A model generated the notes under the pieces. That model worked only from the letters and a program-made list of their open reading frames with translations, was not told where the DNA came from and searched no databases. A stretch of DNA of 43,265 nt from positions 1 to 43,265 of the forward strand of contig JAAYJM010000203.1 in the NCBI GenBank assembly GCA_012522895.1, in the 5' to 3' direction. Made by a program: the position numbers and the translations under genes. Positions 16,915-25,919 of the stretch are shown in pieces; the stretch's first letter is position 1; every line of letters starts with the position of its first letter. The DNA is from Ignavibacteria bacterium (GTDB taxonomy: Bacteria; Bacteroidota; Ignavibacteria; Kapaibacteriales; UBA2268).

Positions 16915-19900
16915 ATGTTTAAAAGCAATAACATATTTCGGCTATTTTCTTTTCAAAAAGGTAGAATTCTTTTTATTCTACCCATAATTTTCATTTTTTT
17001 GCAAAAGCAGATCTGCCTTTCTGAGACTATTGTAAATAGCAATATTACGGAAAATGCCGTTTGGACTGCAGAAAATAGCCCATATTATATTTTAAGAGAT
17101 ATCACGGTCACTGAAAAGGCAGTGCTTAGCATTCATCCCGGAACTATCATCAAATTTGCAAAAGCAAGAAATCTTTTCGTGAAAGGAATTTTGTCTGCAC
17201 TTGGCACTGAAGAGGAAAAGATTTATTTTACAAGCGATAATGAAAAAAAAGCAAAAAGCCAGTGGGGAGCTATTCATTTTGATTATTCTGCAAAAAACCT
17301 CAGCTCAATAATATCGAAGGCCCTGTTCGAGGGGAGCGGACATAATAATTTGGCGCCGATTGTGCTGGACGCAAGAGCTAATGTTGATTTGAGCAATATA
17401 GAAATGAAAAACAACCTTTATTGCGGAATTGAAATTAAAGCTATTCCATACTCCAAAAGTATTTATTTGAAAAAATTTGAGCTACCCTATCTTGCATTAA
17501 AACAAATTGAGATAGAAAAAGGAGCTGCTTTAGAAATTGAGTCTGGCGCTGTTATCAAATTTGCAAGAAACATAGATTTGCTTATTAAAGGCGATTTAGT
17601 TGCTGATGCGAGCTGGGAGGAGCAAATTATTTTCACTTCGATAAAAGACGATAAAGCAGATGGAATTGATTCAGATTGCAATGGTTTGTCTTTTGGAGAA
17701 AAATTTGATTGGGGCGGTATCGCAATCGAAAATAGCGACAATTCTTTTTTTCGATACGTCCAAATAAAATATGGTGGCGGTTCTGCGAATAGCCAAAATT
17801 CCCTTCTTTTTCTCGATAATTCATCAGCAAGGATTGAACATTGCAGATTTGAGGAATCTGGAAGATATGGAATGAGCTTGCAAAATAATGCCGCTCCCGA
17901 TTTAGGGAAAGGGGACAAGCAATCGGCTGGAATGAATAATTTTTTCGGATTTAGTAAAAACTATTTTGCAATTTTAAATAAATCCACTCAAAATATTTCT
18001 GCAAAAAGTAACTGCTGGGGAACTAATAGCCCAAGTGAAATTGACGAAATGATTTACGATTATTACGATAAAAGTCGCTATGGGAAAGTGGATTACACTG
18101 ATTTTTTAGAAGATTGCTTCGGCTTGCCTTCGATTCCAATTCCTTTGTTTCCAGAAGATCACAGTGAAAATTTAGAGCCAGCGATTGACTTTTTATGGGA
18201 AGAAGCAAGCTCAGCAGCGGAATACGAATTTTCCATTAGCAAAGATCCGTTTTTTAAAAATACTCTGCTCGATACAAGTGGCTTAAAAAACAATGTGTTA
18301 AGCATAGAAAATCTTGAATACAACACAAAATACTTTTGGCAACTGAGGGCAGTAAATCGTTTGGGAATGAGCGATTGGAGTGAAATTTTTAGCTTTTCTA
18401 CCAAAGATAGCGCGAAACCGGAAAAAGTAGTTCTTATCTCACCAGAAAATAATTCTGAGGAAATTGCAAGCATAGTAGATTTTTTATGGCAAAGCTCAGC
18501 CAACACAGAGAAAAGCCATTTGCAAATCTCAAAAAATAGCTCTTTTTCTGAGATTATTTTTGAAAAATTTGGAATAATAGGTAACTCTTTAAAGGAATTG
18601 CTTTTAAGTCCAGAAGAAGAATACTTTTGGCGCGTGCGTGCCGAAAATATGAACGGTTTAAGTGATTGGAGTGAAGTTTTTAGCTTTTCTACTGCTGCTT
18701 GTAAAGATTATCCTGTTCCAGCGTCTTGGGAATTTGAAAAATATACCGGCTCAAATTCAATAATTTTACTCACAAAGGACACAGAACGCTTTTTCGGAGA
18801 TTTTGAGCTGCGAAAAAACGATGCGATTGGAGTTTTTTACAATCAAGATAGTGTGTTGCGTTGTGGTGGCTATGCTTTGCTCGATGATGAGGAAAACATT
18901 GCTATTCCAGTTTGGGGAAAGAATTCGATGACTGGAAGCGAAAAAGACGGCTTTGACGATTTGGAGAATTTGAAGTTTAAAATTTGGAATTCCTGCTGCG
19001 GGGTTGAGCTTATTTGCGCTGTGGAAATGCTTGTTGGCCCTGATTATTTCCTTCCCGACACCATTTCCATAATAAAGAAATTTAATCCACTCGCCAGCAC
19101 CGTCATCAGTTTTAACAGAAACGAGTGGAAAATGGTTTCAAGTCCCGTTTCTCCTTATGATGCTTATTTTAAATCTATTGCGAAAAATAAAAATTTGACT
19201 ATTAAAGAAAATGGCGAAACGGTGTTTTCACCGGAAAAAAATATTTTCATTTCAAATTATTGGAACGCTCAAAATTGCTATGAAATTTTTTCTCCAAAGC
19301 GGGATTCCATCGAGCTAAAAGGAAATTTTCTTCAAGCGGCGCAAAATCCAATTTACATTCAAGCAAGAAGAACGCAAATTATTCCATATTATTTAAACTT
19401 TCCTCAAGCCCTTGAAACTGCACTTGCTCCAATTCTTCAAGATATTCTTTTAGTTAAAGATTCAGAAGGAAAGTGCTTTGTGCCAGATTATATGCACAAT
19501 TCTCTTGGAGCTTTTAAGCCAAACCAGGCATACAAAATAGTATTAAAAAATGATGCAGTTTTTACTTATAATGAAAAGGGAAGTCAAGATTTTTCAATGT
19601 TGGAGCAGAGTGGACCAAAGCATTTTAGACATATAACAAATAGATTCACTGGCTCAAATGCCGTTTTCCTCATCGAATCCGACGTGTTTGAAGATGGCGA
19701 TGAGATTGCTGCTTTAAATGAAAATAATCAAATCCTGGGTTGCGCTCTTGTGGAAAATTCTTTTTGCTTGCTTACTATTTTTGCTGATAATGAAATGACT
19801 CCGCTTGAAAAAGAAGGCGCTAAGGAAAACGAGTCAATACATTTTTTACATTGGAAAAAAAAGGAAAACGCCGAGCAAGAGCTTAACATTGTTGAGTTGA

Positions 19901-20259
19901 AAAATCTTATTACAAATCAATATGAAAGCATTCTTTTAAAATACAAAAAAGATGCTTTTTACAGCTTGTTTCTTAGTCCTCAGCCAAGTTCTAGCAAAGA
20001 AGAAAGCAAGAGCGGAGAAATAAAATTTTTCTTTGACAGGCAAAGCAAGTTATTTCATATTGATTTTGCAAATTCAAATTCTAAAATTGAGATGCTTCAG
20101 CTATGCGATATTTTAGGGAATGAGCTTTTAAGAAAAGAATTTTCCAGCGAAAAAAATATTGCTTATCAGATTGATTTGAATTCAGTTCAGAGCGGAATCT
20201 ATTTTATAAGGATAAAAACTTATCAAGCTGCTATTGTTAAAAAAATCGTAGTTTATTAG
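16915..20259 (+). CDS. Large secreted protein with parallel beta-helix-like repeats, FN3-like modules and T9SS C-terminal domain
   Basis: 1114 aa with an N-terminal signal/anchor. The segment pattern ..V.(I/L).(P/S)G..IKFA(K/R)...L.(V/I)KG.L.A.G..E..I.FTS... occurs twice, as in right-handed beta-helix proteins. Two ~95-aa modules (..DFLWEEASSAAEYEFSISKD..YFWQLRAVNRLGMSDWSEIFSFST / ..DFLWQSSANTEKSHLQISKN..YFWRVRAENMNGLSDWSEVFSFST) are FN3-like. The C-terminal tail is ..QSGIYFIRIKTYQAAIVKKIVVY. Confidence 0.7.
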   Translation: MFKSNNIFRLFSFQKGRILFILPIIFIFLQKQICLSETIVNSNITENAVWTAENSPYYILRDITVTEKAVLSIHPGTIIKFAKARNLFVKGILSALGTEEEKIYFTSDNEKKAKSQWGAIHFDYSAKNLSSIISKALFEGSGHNNLAPIVLDARANVDLSNIEMKNNLYCGIEIKAIPYSKSIYLKKFELPYLALKQIEIEKGAALEIESGAVIKFARNIDLLIKGDLVADASWEEQIIFTSIKDDKADGIDSDCNGLSFGEKFDWGGIAIENSDNSFFRYVQIKYGGGSANSQNSLLFLDNSSARIEHCRFEESGRYGMSLQNNAAPDLGKGDKQSAGMNNFFGFSKNYFAILNKSTQNISAKSNCWGTNSPSEIDEMIYDYYDKSRYGKVDYTDFLEDCFGLPSIPIPLFPEDHSENLEPAIDFLWEEASSAAEYEFSISKDPFFKNTLLDTSGLKNNVLSIENLEYNTKYFWQLRAVNRLGMSDWSEIFSFSTKDSAKPEKVVLISPENNSEEIASIVDFLWQSSANTEKSHLQISKNSSFSEIIFEKFGIIGNSLKELLLSPEEEYFWRVRAENMNGLSDWSEVFSFSTAACKDYPVPASWEFEKYTGSNSIILLTKDTERFFGDFELRKNDAIGVFYNQDSVLRCGGYALLDDEENIAIPVWGKNSMTGSEKDGFDDLENLKFKIWNSCCGVELICAVEMLVGPDYFLPDTISIIKKFNPLASTVISFNRNEWKMVSSPVSPYDAYFKSIAKNKNLTIKENGETVFSPEKNIFISNYWNAQNCYEIFSPKRDSIELKGNFLQAAQNPIYIQARRTQIIPYYLNFPQALETALAPILQDILLVKDSEGKCFVPDYMHNSLGAFKPNQAYKIVLKNDAVFTYNEKGSQDFSMLEQSGPKHFRHITNRFTGSNAVFLIESDVFEDGDEIAALNENNQILGCALVENSFCLLTIFADNEMTPLEKEGAKENESIHFLHWKKKENAEQELNIVELKNLITNQYESILLKYKKDAFYSLFLSPQPSSSKEESKSGEIKFFFDRQSKLFHIDFANSNSKIEMLQLCDILGNELLRKEFSSEKNIAYQIDLNSVQSGIYFIRIKTYQAAIVKKIVVY

Positions 20260-21899
20260 AATTTTTTCACATAAAAGCAGTAAATTATTGAAATTAAAAC
20301 GATTGTAGTCGATATTATTGATAAAAAATTCCCAATTATTGCAAAGCAGCTATTTTCACTTAACAAAGGCAAACTTGCTGCAACAGCCACTCTTTGATAC
20401 TGAGGCGCTTTTAAAAGCGGCTCCCCACTTGCTTTTATAAATCCAGAAACTCCCGTGTTAGCACAACGGGCGAGGTATCGTCTGTTTTCAATAGCGCGCA
20501 TTTGAGCAATGCAAAAATGCTGCTCTGGACCAATAGTATGGTCATACCAGCCGTCATTTGTAATCACAGACAGCAAATTTGCATTTAGCAAAACGAAATT
20601 TCTTACTAAAAGTGGGAAAATTGATTCAATGCAAATTACTGGCGCAATAACGACATCGCAGTCATTCTTTTTAAAAGATAAATTTTTCAGCTCCTGTCCA
20701 ACTCCCCAGCCAGAAATTCCGACTCCCCATTCCATCCATTTTATAGCAAATTTAAGGTATTCGGCATAAGGAAGGCGTTCTCCAAAAGGAGTAAGTTGCG
20801 ATTTATGATATATTTGTGGGTTGTTCTTTTCATAGCTATTGCCTCGCTCTTTTATTAGCAATGCTGAATTAAAGGGTTCAAACAAAGAATCGCTATCGAA
20901 CCAATATCTTGCAGTAACAGGGGCTTTTTCTTTGTTGGGGTATATGTAAAAGTCTGCAAAGCCAGTTAAAAGGTTTGTTCCGCTGCTGTCAATCCAGTCT
21001 TGCAGGAAGGAAAAGTTGTGTTTTAAGTTAAATTCTGGGCTAATATAGGTAATAGAAGTTTCACTCCAAATAGCTAAATCAAGTCTCCCAACTGACTTTA
21101 CAAGCGAATCTTGAATGCTTTGGTGCAACTCTATTTGCTGATACGAGTCTAATTCCCATTTTTTCCAAGGATTTATATTCGGTTGAATAATTCCAACTTT
21201 AATACTTGGGTTATTTGCAAGCATTTCTTGATGCTCAAATTGATTTACCCTTATTATCCCATAAACGTATGGTAATAATACTGTTAAAAAAAGCGCTATT
21301 GTATATTTTTTAAAAGATGGAATCGCAAAAATTTCTTTAAAAACAATTTTTTTTGATTGCCTTTGTTTAAAAAGGTAAATTAATTTGTAAATTATTACAT
21401 TGACCCAAAGCACAAGAAAACTGACCCCCCAAACGCCAGAAATATCAGCGGTTTGCACATAATAAAAATTTAGTGTTTGCGTGTAACCCAATGAAAGCCA
21501 AGGGTATGCCAGATCGCCAATGCTATGCAGCCACTCAAAGCTCACCCAAATAAAGGGGAACAGCATAAGCGAGGTCGAAGGCAGGGAGCGTTTTTTTATT
21601 ATGTTGTAAGTTGCGATTGGGACGATAAAAAAGAAGGGATGGACAAAGGCAAGTGCAAAACAAGAAGCTATTAAGTAAGGGTCGCTTTCGCTTGTCCAAC
21701 TGCCTATCCACCAATTTGCAAGAGCGTGAAAGAGGAAAAAGGTTAAATAGACGTATAAATAAAGACGCTTGGGCTGAGCTTCAATTAAAAGTAAAAGAGG
21801 GACAAAGCCAACAAAAGCGAGCAAAGGAAAAGGGTAGGGTGGGAAAGACAGCCCCAACAACAGCCCAGATGATATAGAAAGAAATAAGTATTTTCGCAA
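20256..21899 (-). CDS. lnt: Apolipoprotein N-acyltransferase
   Basis: 547 aa. Multi-TM N-terminal domain (..LLGLSFPPYPFPLLAFVGFVPLLLL..), then a CN-hydrolase domain with ..VGIIQPNINPW.., ..AIWSETS.., ..APVICIESIFP.. and a final TM helix. Confidence 0.85.
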   Translation of the reverse strand: MRKYLFLSISSGLLLGLSFPPYPFPLLAFVGFVPLLLLIEAQPKRLYLYVYLTFFLFHALANWWIGSWTSESDPYLIASCFALAFVHPFFFIVPIATYNIIKKRSLPSTSLMLFPFIWVSFEWLHSIGDLAYPWLSLGYTQTLNFYYVQTADISGVWGVSFLVLWVNVIIYKLIYLFKQRQSKKIVFKEIFAIPSFKKYTIALFLTVLLPYVYGIIRVNQFEHQEMLANNPSIKVGIIQPNINPWKKWELDSYQQIELHQSIQDSLVKSVGRLDLAIWSETSITYISPEFNLKHNFSFLQDWIDSSGTNLLTGFADFYIYPNKEKAPVTARYWFDSDSLFEPFNSALLIKERGNSYEKNNPQIYHKSQLTPFGERLPYAEYLKFAIKWMEWGVGISGWGVGQELKNLSFKKNDCDVVIAPVICIESIFPLLVRNFVLLNANLLSVITNDGWYDHTIGPEQHFCIAQMRAIENRRYLARCANTGVSGFIKASGEPLLKAPQYQRVAVAASLPLLSENSCFAIIGNFLSIISTTIVLISIIYCFYVKKF

Positions 21900-22070
21900 T
21901 GTATTCTCTTTTTTTGCAAATTTAATAATTTTTAGCTAAATAAAGTGCTTGAAAAGAAAAAAATCCGTCATTTTTAACGAAATGAAAAATCCAGAGAGAA
22001 CTTGACTTAAAAAGTTTTCTGCTTTCTTCAATTCGTTTAGAACGTCTTCGCAAAATATATGACAAATCAT

Positions 22071-22649
22071 TTAAATTAGAAACCTCAACTCTAATTCTGC
22101 TGACTTTGTGATTCCAATTCTTTTCGTAACCATTATATTTTCTTCTTTAATTTCTTTATAGCTTTGAAAAAACAGCTCTTTGCTTCGTAACGATGCGAGA
22201 TTATCTTTTAACGTAAAGCCGAATGCTTTCCCTAAATTTCCCGGACCTTTGCAAAGCGTTTCTATTTTTTCGCTTTTACGCCTTGCTTTCATTTCGTCTA
22301 TTCCCAAAAGAGGAATTGCGGCACGCAAAAGCACACCAGTTCCAACTCCTTTTTCACCAGCTACGCAATTTACGCAGTGGTGTATTCCATAACTTTTATA
22401 GACATACAAAATTCCTCCTTTCTCAAACATAGCAGCGTTACGCTTTGTAAGCCCAACAGCGGAATGAGAGGCAAAATCATTTTGCGGCAGATATGCCTCG
22501 GTTTCGACAATCATCGCAGCTAAAAAATGACTATCTTCTTTTTTGACAAGGACTTTCCCTAATAGCTTGCGAGCAAGGATTTCAGCTTTTTGTAAAAAGA
22601 ACTCTTCTGGCATTGAATTTGAAAAAGACGGCTCAAACTTAGGCATCAT
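22071..22649 (-). CDS. mpg: DNA-3-methyladenine glycosylase (AAG/Mpg family)
   Basis: 192 aa. ..ARKLLGKVLV.., ..IVETEAYLPQNDFASHS.., ..GILYVYKSYGIHHCVN.. are hallmark Mpg motifs. Confidence 0.85.
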   Translation of the reverse strand: MMPKFEPSFSNSMPEEFFLQKAEILARKLLGKVLVKKEDSHFLAAMIVETEAYLPQNDFASHSAVGLTKRNAAMFEKGGILYVYKSYGIHHCVNCVAGEKGVGTGVLLRAAIPLLGIDEMKARRKSEKIETLCKGPGNLGKAFGFTLKDNLASLRSKELFFQSYKEIKEENIMVTKRIGITKSAELELRFLI

Positions 22650-22704
22650 ATTTGGTTTTAGTTATCTTATTTCATACAAATTAACTAATTTTGAATATAA
22701 ATTA

Positions 22705-23739
22705 ATGAAAATAAACAAATTTACAAAAATGATAATTGGAAAGCATAATATAGAAAATGGAGTTTTGCTCGCTCCGATGGAAAGCGTTACAGACCTGCCT
22801 TTTCGAGTGATTTGCAAAAAAATGGGCGCCGACATCGTTTACACAGAATTTATTGCATCTGAGGCACTTATCCGCGATGTCCAACGCTCTATTAATAAAA
22901 TGCAATTTCGAGAAGACGAGCGCCCGATTGCCGTTCAAATTTTTGGTAGCAAAATCGAATCTATGGTCGAATCGGCAAAAATTGTCGAGGAAAGCGGAGC
23001 TGATATTCTTGATATAAATTATGGCTGCTGGGTGAAAAAAGTTGTCAATAATAATTCCGGCGCTGCTCTTTTAAAGGATTTAAGCTTGATGGAAAATATG
23101 ACAAAAGAACTTGTGAAGGCAGTGAAAATCCCTGTTACTGTGAAAACGCGACTCGGTTGGGACGAAAATAGTATCAATATAATAGAAGTTGCAAAAACGC
23201 TGGAAAGCACTGGAATTGCTGCACTTACAATACATTGTCGAACTCGCGAGATGGCTATGCGTGGTAATGCTGATTGGACTTGGATTAACCGCGTAAAAGA
23301 AAAAGTGAATTTGCCAATCATACTTAATGGAGATGTCCGAAGTCCGCAAGATGTAAAACGAGCTTTTGCCGAAACTAACTGCGATGCCCTGATGATTGGG
23401 CGTGCTGCAATTGGTAACCCCTTTCTTTTCAAGCAAATAAAAGCATTTTCAAACAATAATGAAATAATTGGAGAGCCATCGCTTGAAGAGAGGATTAACA
23501 CTCTTTTTTTGCATTTAAACTTGAACATAGAATCAAAGGGCTTCCCGCGTGGTCTTTATGAATTTCGCAAGCATTACAGCGGCTACTTAAAAGGACTTTA
23601 CAACAGCTCGCAGTATCGCCAGCGACTCGTTGTAGCAATGTCAGTCGAAGAAATTCACTCAATTATAAATGAATTATTGGAGGAGCTAAATCATTATTGG
23701 GCAACAAAACCGGATCAGGAATTGGGAGTCGGGAATTAG
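22705..23739 (+). CDS. dusB: tRNA-dihydrouridine synthase
   Basis: Dus motifs ..VLLAPMESVTDLPFR.., ..QIFG.., ..DINYGCW.., ..VTVKTRLGWD.., ..LTIHCRTR... I chose the ATG at 22705 (MKINK..) because the ORF-track start at 22543 would overlap the divergent mpg gene by ~100 nt. Confidence 0.85.
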   Translation: MKINKFTKMIIGKHNIENGVLLAPMESVTDLPFRVICKKMGADIVYTEFIASEALIRDVQRSINKMQFREDERPIAVQIFGSKIESMVESAKIVEESGADILDINYGCWVKKVVNNNSGAALLKDLSLMENMTKELVKAVKIPVTVKTRLGWDENSINIIEVAKTLESTGIAALTIHCRTREMAMRGNADWTWINRVKEKVNLPIILNGDVRSPQDVKRAFAETNCDALMIGRAAIGNPFLFKQIKAFSNNNEIIGEPSLEERINTLFLHLNLNIESKGFPRGLYEFRKHYSGYLKGLYNSSQYRQRLVVAMSVEEIHSIINELLEELNHYWATKPDQELGVGN

Positions 23740-23785
23740 GAATAAGAAAGAATATCGGTCTTTCTGAACCTAGTGAAGAAGCCAG

Positions 23786-23919
23786 AGAAAATTCCCCAGC
23801 CGTTTTTTTCAAAGTGGGAGAATCTTTTTAGGCAGAAAACGCAGGACAGTCCATTATCCCCCGCTGGCGGGGGCAGGGGGTGGATCTTTATACATCGCAA
23901 TTACTTAATGCTTTTTATA
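23786..23919 (+). repeat. REP/MITE-like intergenic repeat, copy 2
   Basis: See copy 1: 97/111 identity of 23809-23919 to the reverse complement of 3026-3136. Same GC hairpin CCCCCGCTGGCGGGGG. Short inverted ends TTCAAAGTGGGAGA (23808-23821) and CTTCCCATTTGAA (23921-23933). It also sits between convergent gene ends. Confidence 0.8.
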
Positions 23920-25315
23920 TACTTCCCATTTGAATTTGGGAAGGAGGAGGGGGTTTTGGAAGGAGAGGAAAATAAATAAAGGGAAAGAAAAAAGCTTAGG
24001 GTAGTGTTTGTAATGGGTGGTTAATGTTAAGCCACCAAGCAAGCGATTGTAATACCTTGCTATGTTCCAGTGGTGGACGTGGTATTCGTCTCGGGCAAAA
24101 AATCGAAATATTTTTATGCCGCGGTCCTTGAAGTCCGGGCAATCGAAACGAGATAAGTCTGCTTGGGTATGGGCTTGTATTAGTGAATCGTATTTACCGA
24201 AAAACAAGCTTCTTGATTTGGGTGTCTCGAATCTAAACCAGCGAACTCGCAATGAACTATGCCCGTGATAAGTTACTTCTATTTTTAAGGAATCTATTTT
24301 TATATAATCACTACTTTTTTTCTTTAGAAAAAAATTGATTAATGTATCAATACCATTAATATTTCTAATACCACAGAAAAAACTACTTGAAATAGTAATA
24401 TCTCTATTACCTCCAATTGGCAACATATTTCTTGTAATAACGAATTCATTAGTTGTGTTAAATTTAATGCCCTACCTCTGTATCTGTTTCTTGCATCTAT
24501 TATTCCAAACGTATCAGCAATTGTAGGACTTGGCGTTCTGTCGAATTCAATGTAGTCAGGTGGTGTTCTGTTTCCGTTAACAGGTAAGGTAATATATTTT
24601 ACTTTTATTGTTAAAACAGGTTCATTGTCTAATACAAGATCATCATCTTCATCCCTTCCAAGATTGCACGTCAAATACCACATTTCACCATTTACTTCCC
24701 ATTTAGAAATCTTTTTCGACTCTGAGTCGGCATCTTCAGGAGGGGAATAAACAATATCATGCCCATGCTTTGATGAAGTATGCTCTAACTCTGCTGAGGG
24801 CCAGTTATCGCTTAAAACAAAACCATTATTAACATAATCAGAATCTTTTTCAAATATTTGATAATCTCCTTCTCTTCTCCCTTTACATTAATAAACCCAA
24901 ATATTGATTGTAAATTGTCATTTTCAAGGACATTACAATCTTTAGTAGGGTCAATTTTAAGACGTGCATCAAATTGCATTGCCTGTGCTTGTGTTGGTGT
25001 TCTCTGATTTCCATTAGCGCCAACATAATATGTTTTTCTAATAATGTAAGTACTATCACAATAACTATTTGGTTCTGTTACTCCAATTTTTGATCCACCA
25101 ACGTGGATATTCATACCCATTAATTTATCTATTAAGGAGTCACCAGACCAATGAAATCCGCGTAAAAACTTATTTGTTTGAAATTCCTCATAATTTGGGC
25201 TTAATTGCCTCGGTGTATTCGGCTCATTACCATAAAAGAAATGCAGCGTATCTGCATCGAAATTTTGTGCTGATATAATTGAAAACGAAAAAAGTAATAA
25301 TAATAAATATCTCAT
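23905..25315 (-). pseudogene. Secreted hypothetical protein gene broken into three reading frames (at least 2 frameshifts)
   Basis: ORF 24812-25315 begins with a signal peptide (MRYLLLLLFSFSIISAQ). A second frame is open from ~24887 to 24339 and a third from ~24471 to 23905. The open frames overlap end to end, as expected for frameshifts inside 24812-24887 and 24339-24471. No family recognised. Confidence 0.45.
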
Positions 25316-25319
25316 TGTT

Positions 25320-25565
25320 TCACTCCTTAATAAATTTGTGTGTTTCAGTTTCTTGATTAGATGTTATTCTCAAGAAATAAGCGCCAATAGGTAATTTTGA
25401 TGTATTTATAATTTTACTATTTTCTTCAATAGTTATAACTTCATTAAAAATTGAATTTCCATTAATATCAATTATTTCAATTTTATTTATTATTTGATTA
25501 TCAAAATCAATTTTCAAAATATTATCAATTGGATTAGGACTTATTTTTATTTTAAATTTTTTAAA
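25320..25565 (-). pseudogene. Orphan T9SS C-terminal sorting domain (remnant of a truncated cargo gene)
   Basis: The frame is open only from 25565. It encodes ..KIKISPNPIDNILKIDFDNQIINKIEIIDINGNSIFNEVITIEENSKIINTSKLPIGAYFLRITSNQETETHKFIKE, a complete ~77-aa Por-tail. A stop codon lies immediately upstream (25566-25568), and there is no ATG/GTG start or protein body. Confidence 0.6.
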
Positions 25566-25919
25566 TTATAAGAAAAATTCTAATAATTTTATTGAAAATC
25601 AGATTGGAGAACTTATATCAATTAACGGTAGTTGCTACTAAAACAAAAAAAGGAAAACACATGGTAGTATAAAAATAATTAATTAAGTGTTTTGCTAATT
25701 AGATTTCTTTTGATATCTTTGGTAGTTTTCAAATGTTATTGAGGTTGCTATTATGAGAAAGCTACGCTTTTTAGCTCTTATGACCTTTGCACAATTATTT
25801 ATCACTATTGAAGTTGAATTTCAAAGGGAATGCTGAATATCTTTTCGTTCCAATTTCTGTGTGGAATTGATTGAACGATTCATTAGAAAAAGAAAACATA
25901 AGTAAATTTTGATTATAAT

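Noticed and set aside
21960-22040. Possible third, degenerate copy of a repeat (cgtcatttttaacgaaatgaaaaatccaga vs tttccgagcgcagcgaggaatccaga at 2826-2852)
   Set aside because: The similarity is limited to ~10 contiguous bases plus scattered matches, too weak to distinguish from chance in AT-rich DNA.
22543-22704. N-terminal 54-codon extension of dusB suggested by the ORF track
   Set aside because: It would overlap the 5' end of the divergent mpg gene by ~100 nt and encodes no Dus-like sequence. The conserved Dus N-terminus begins just after the ATG at 22705.
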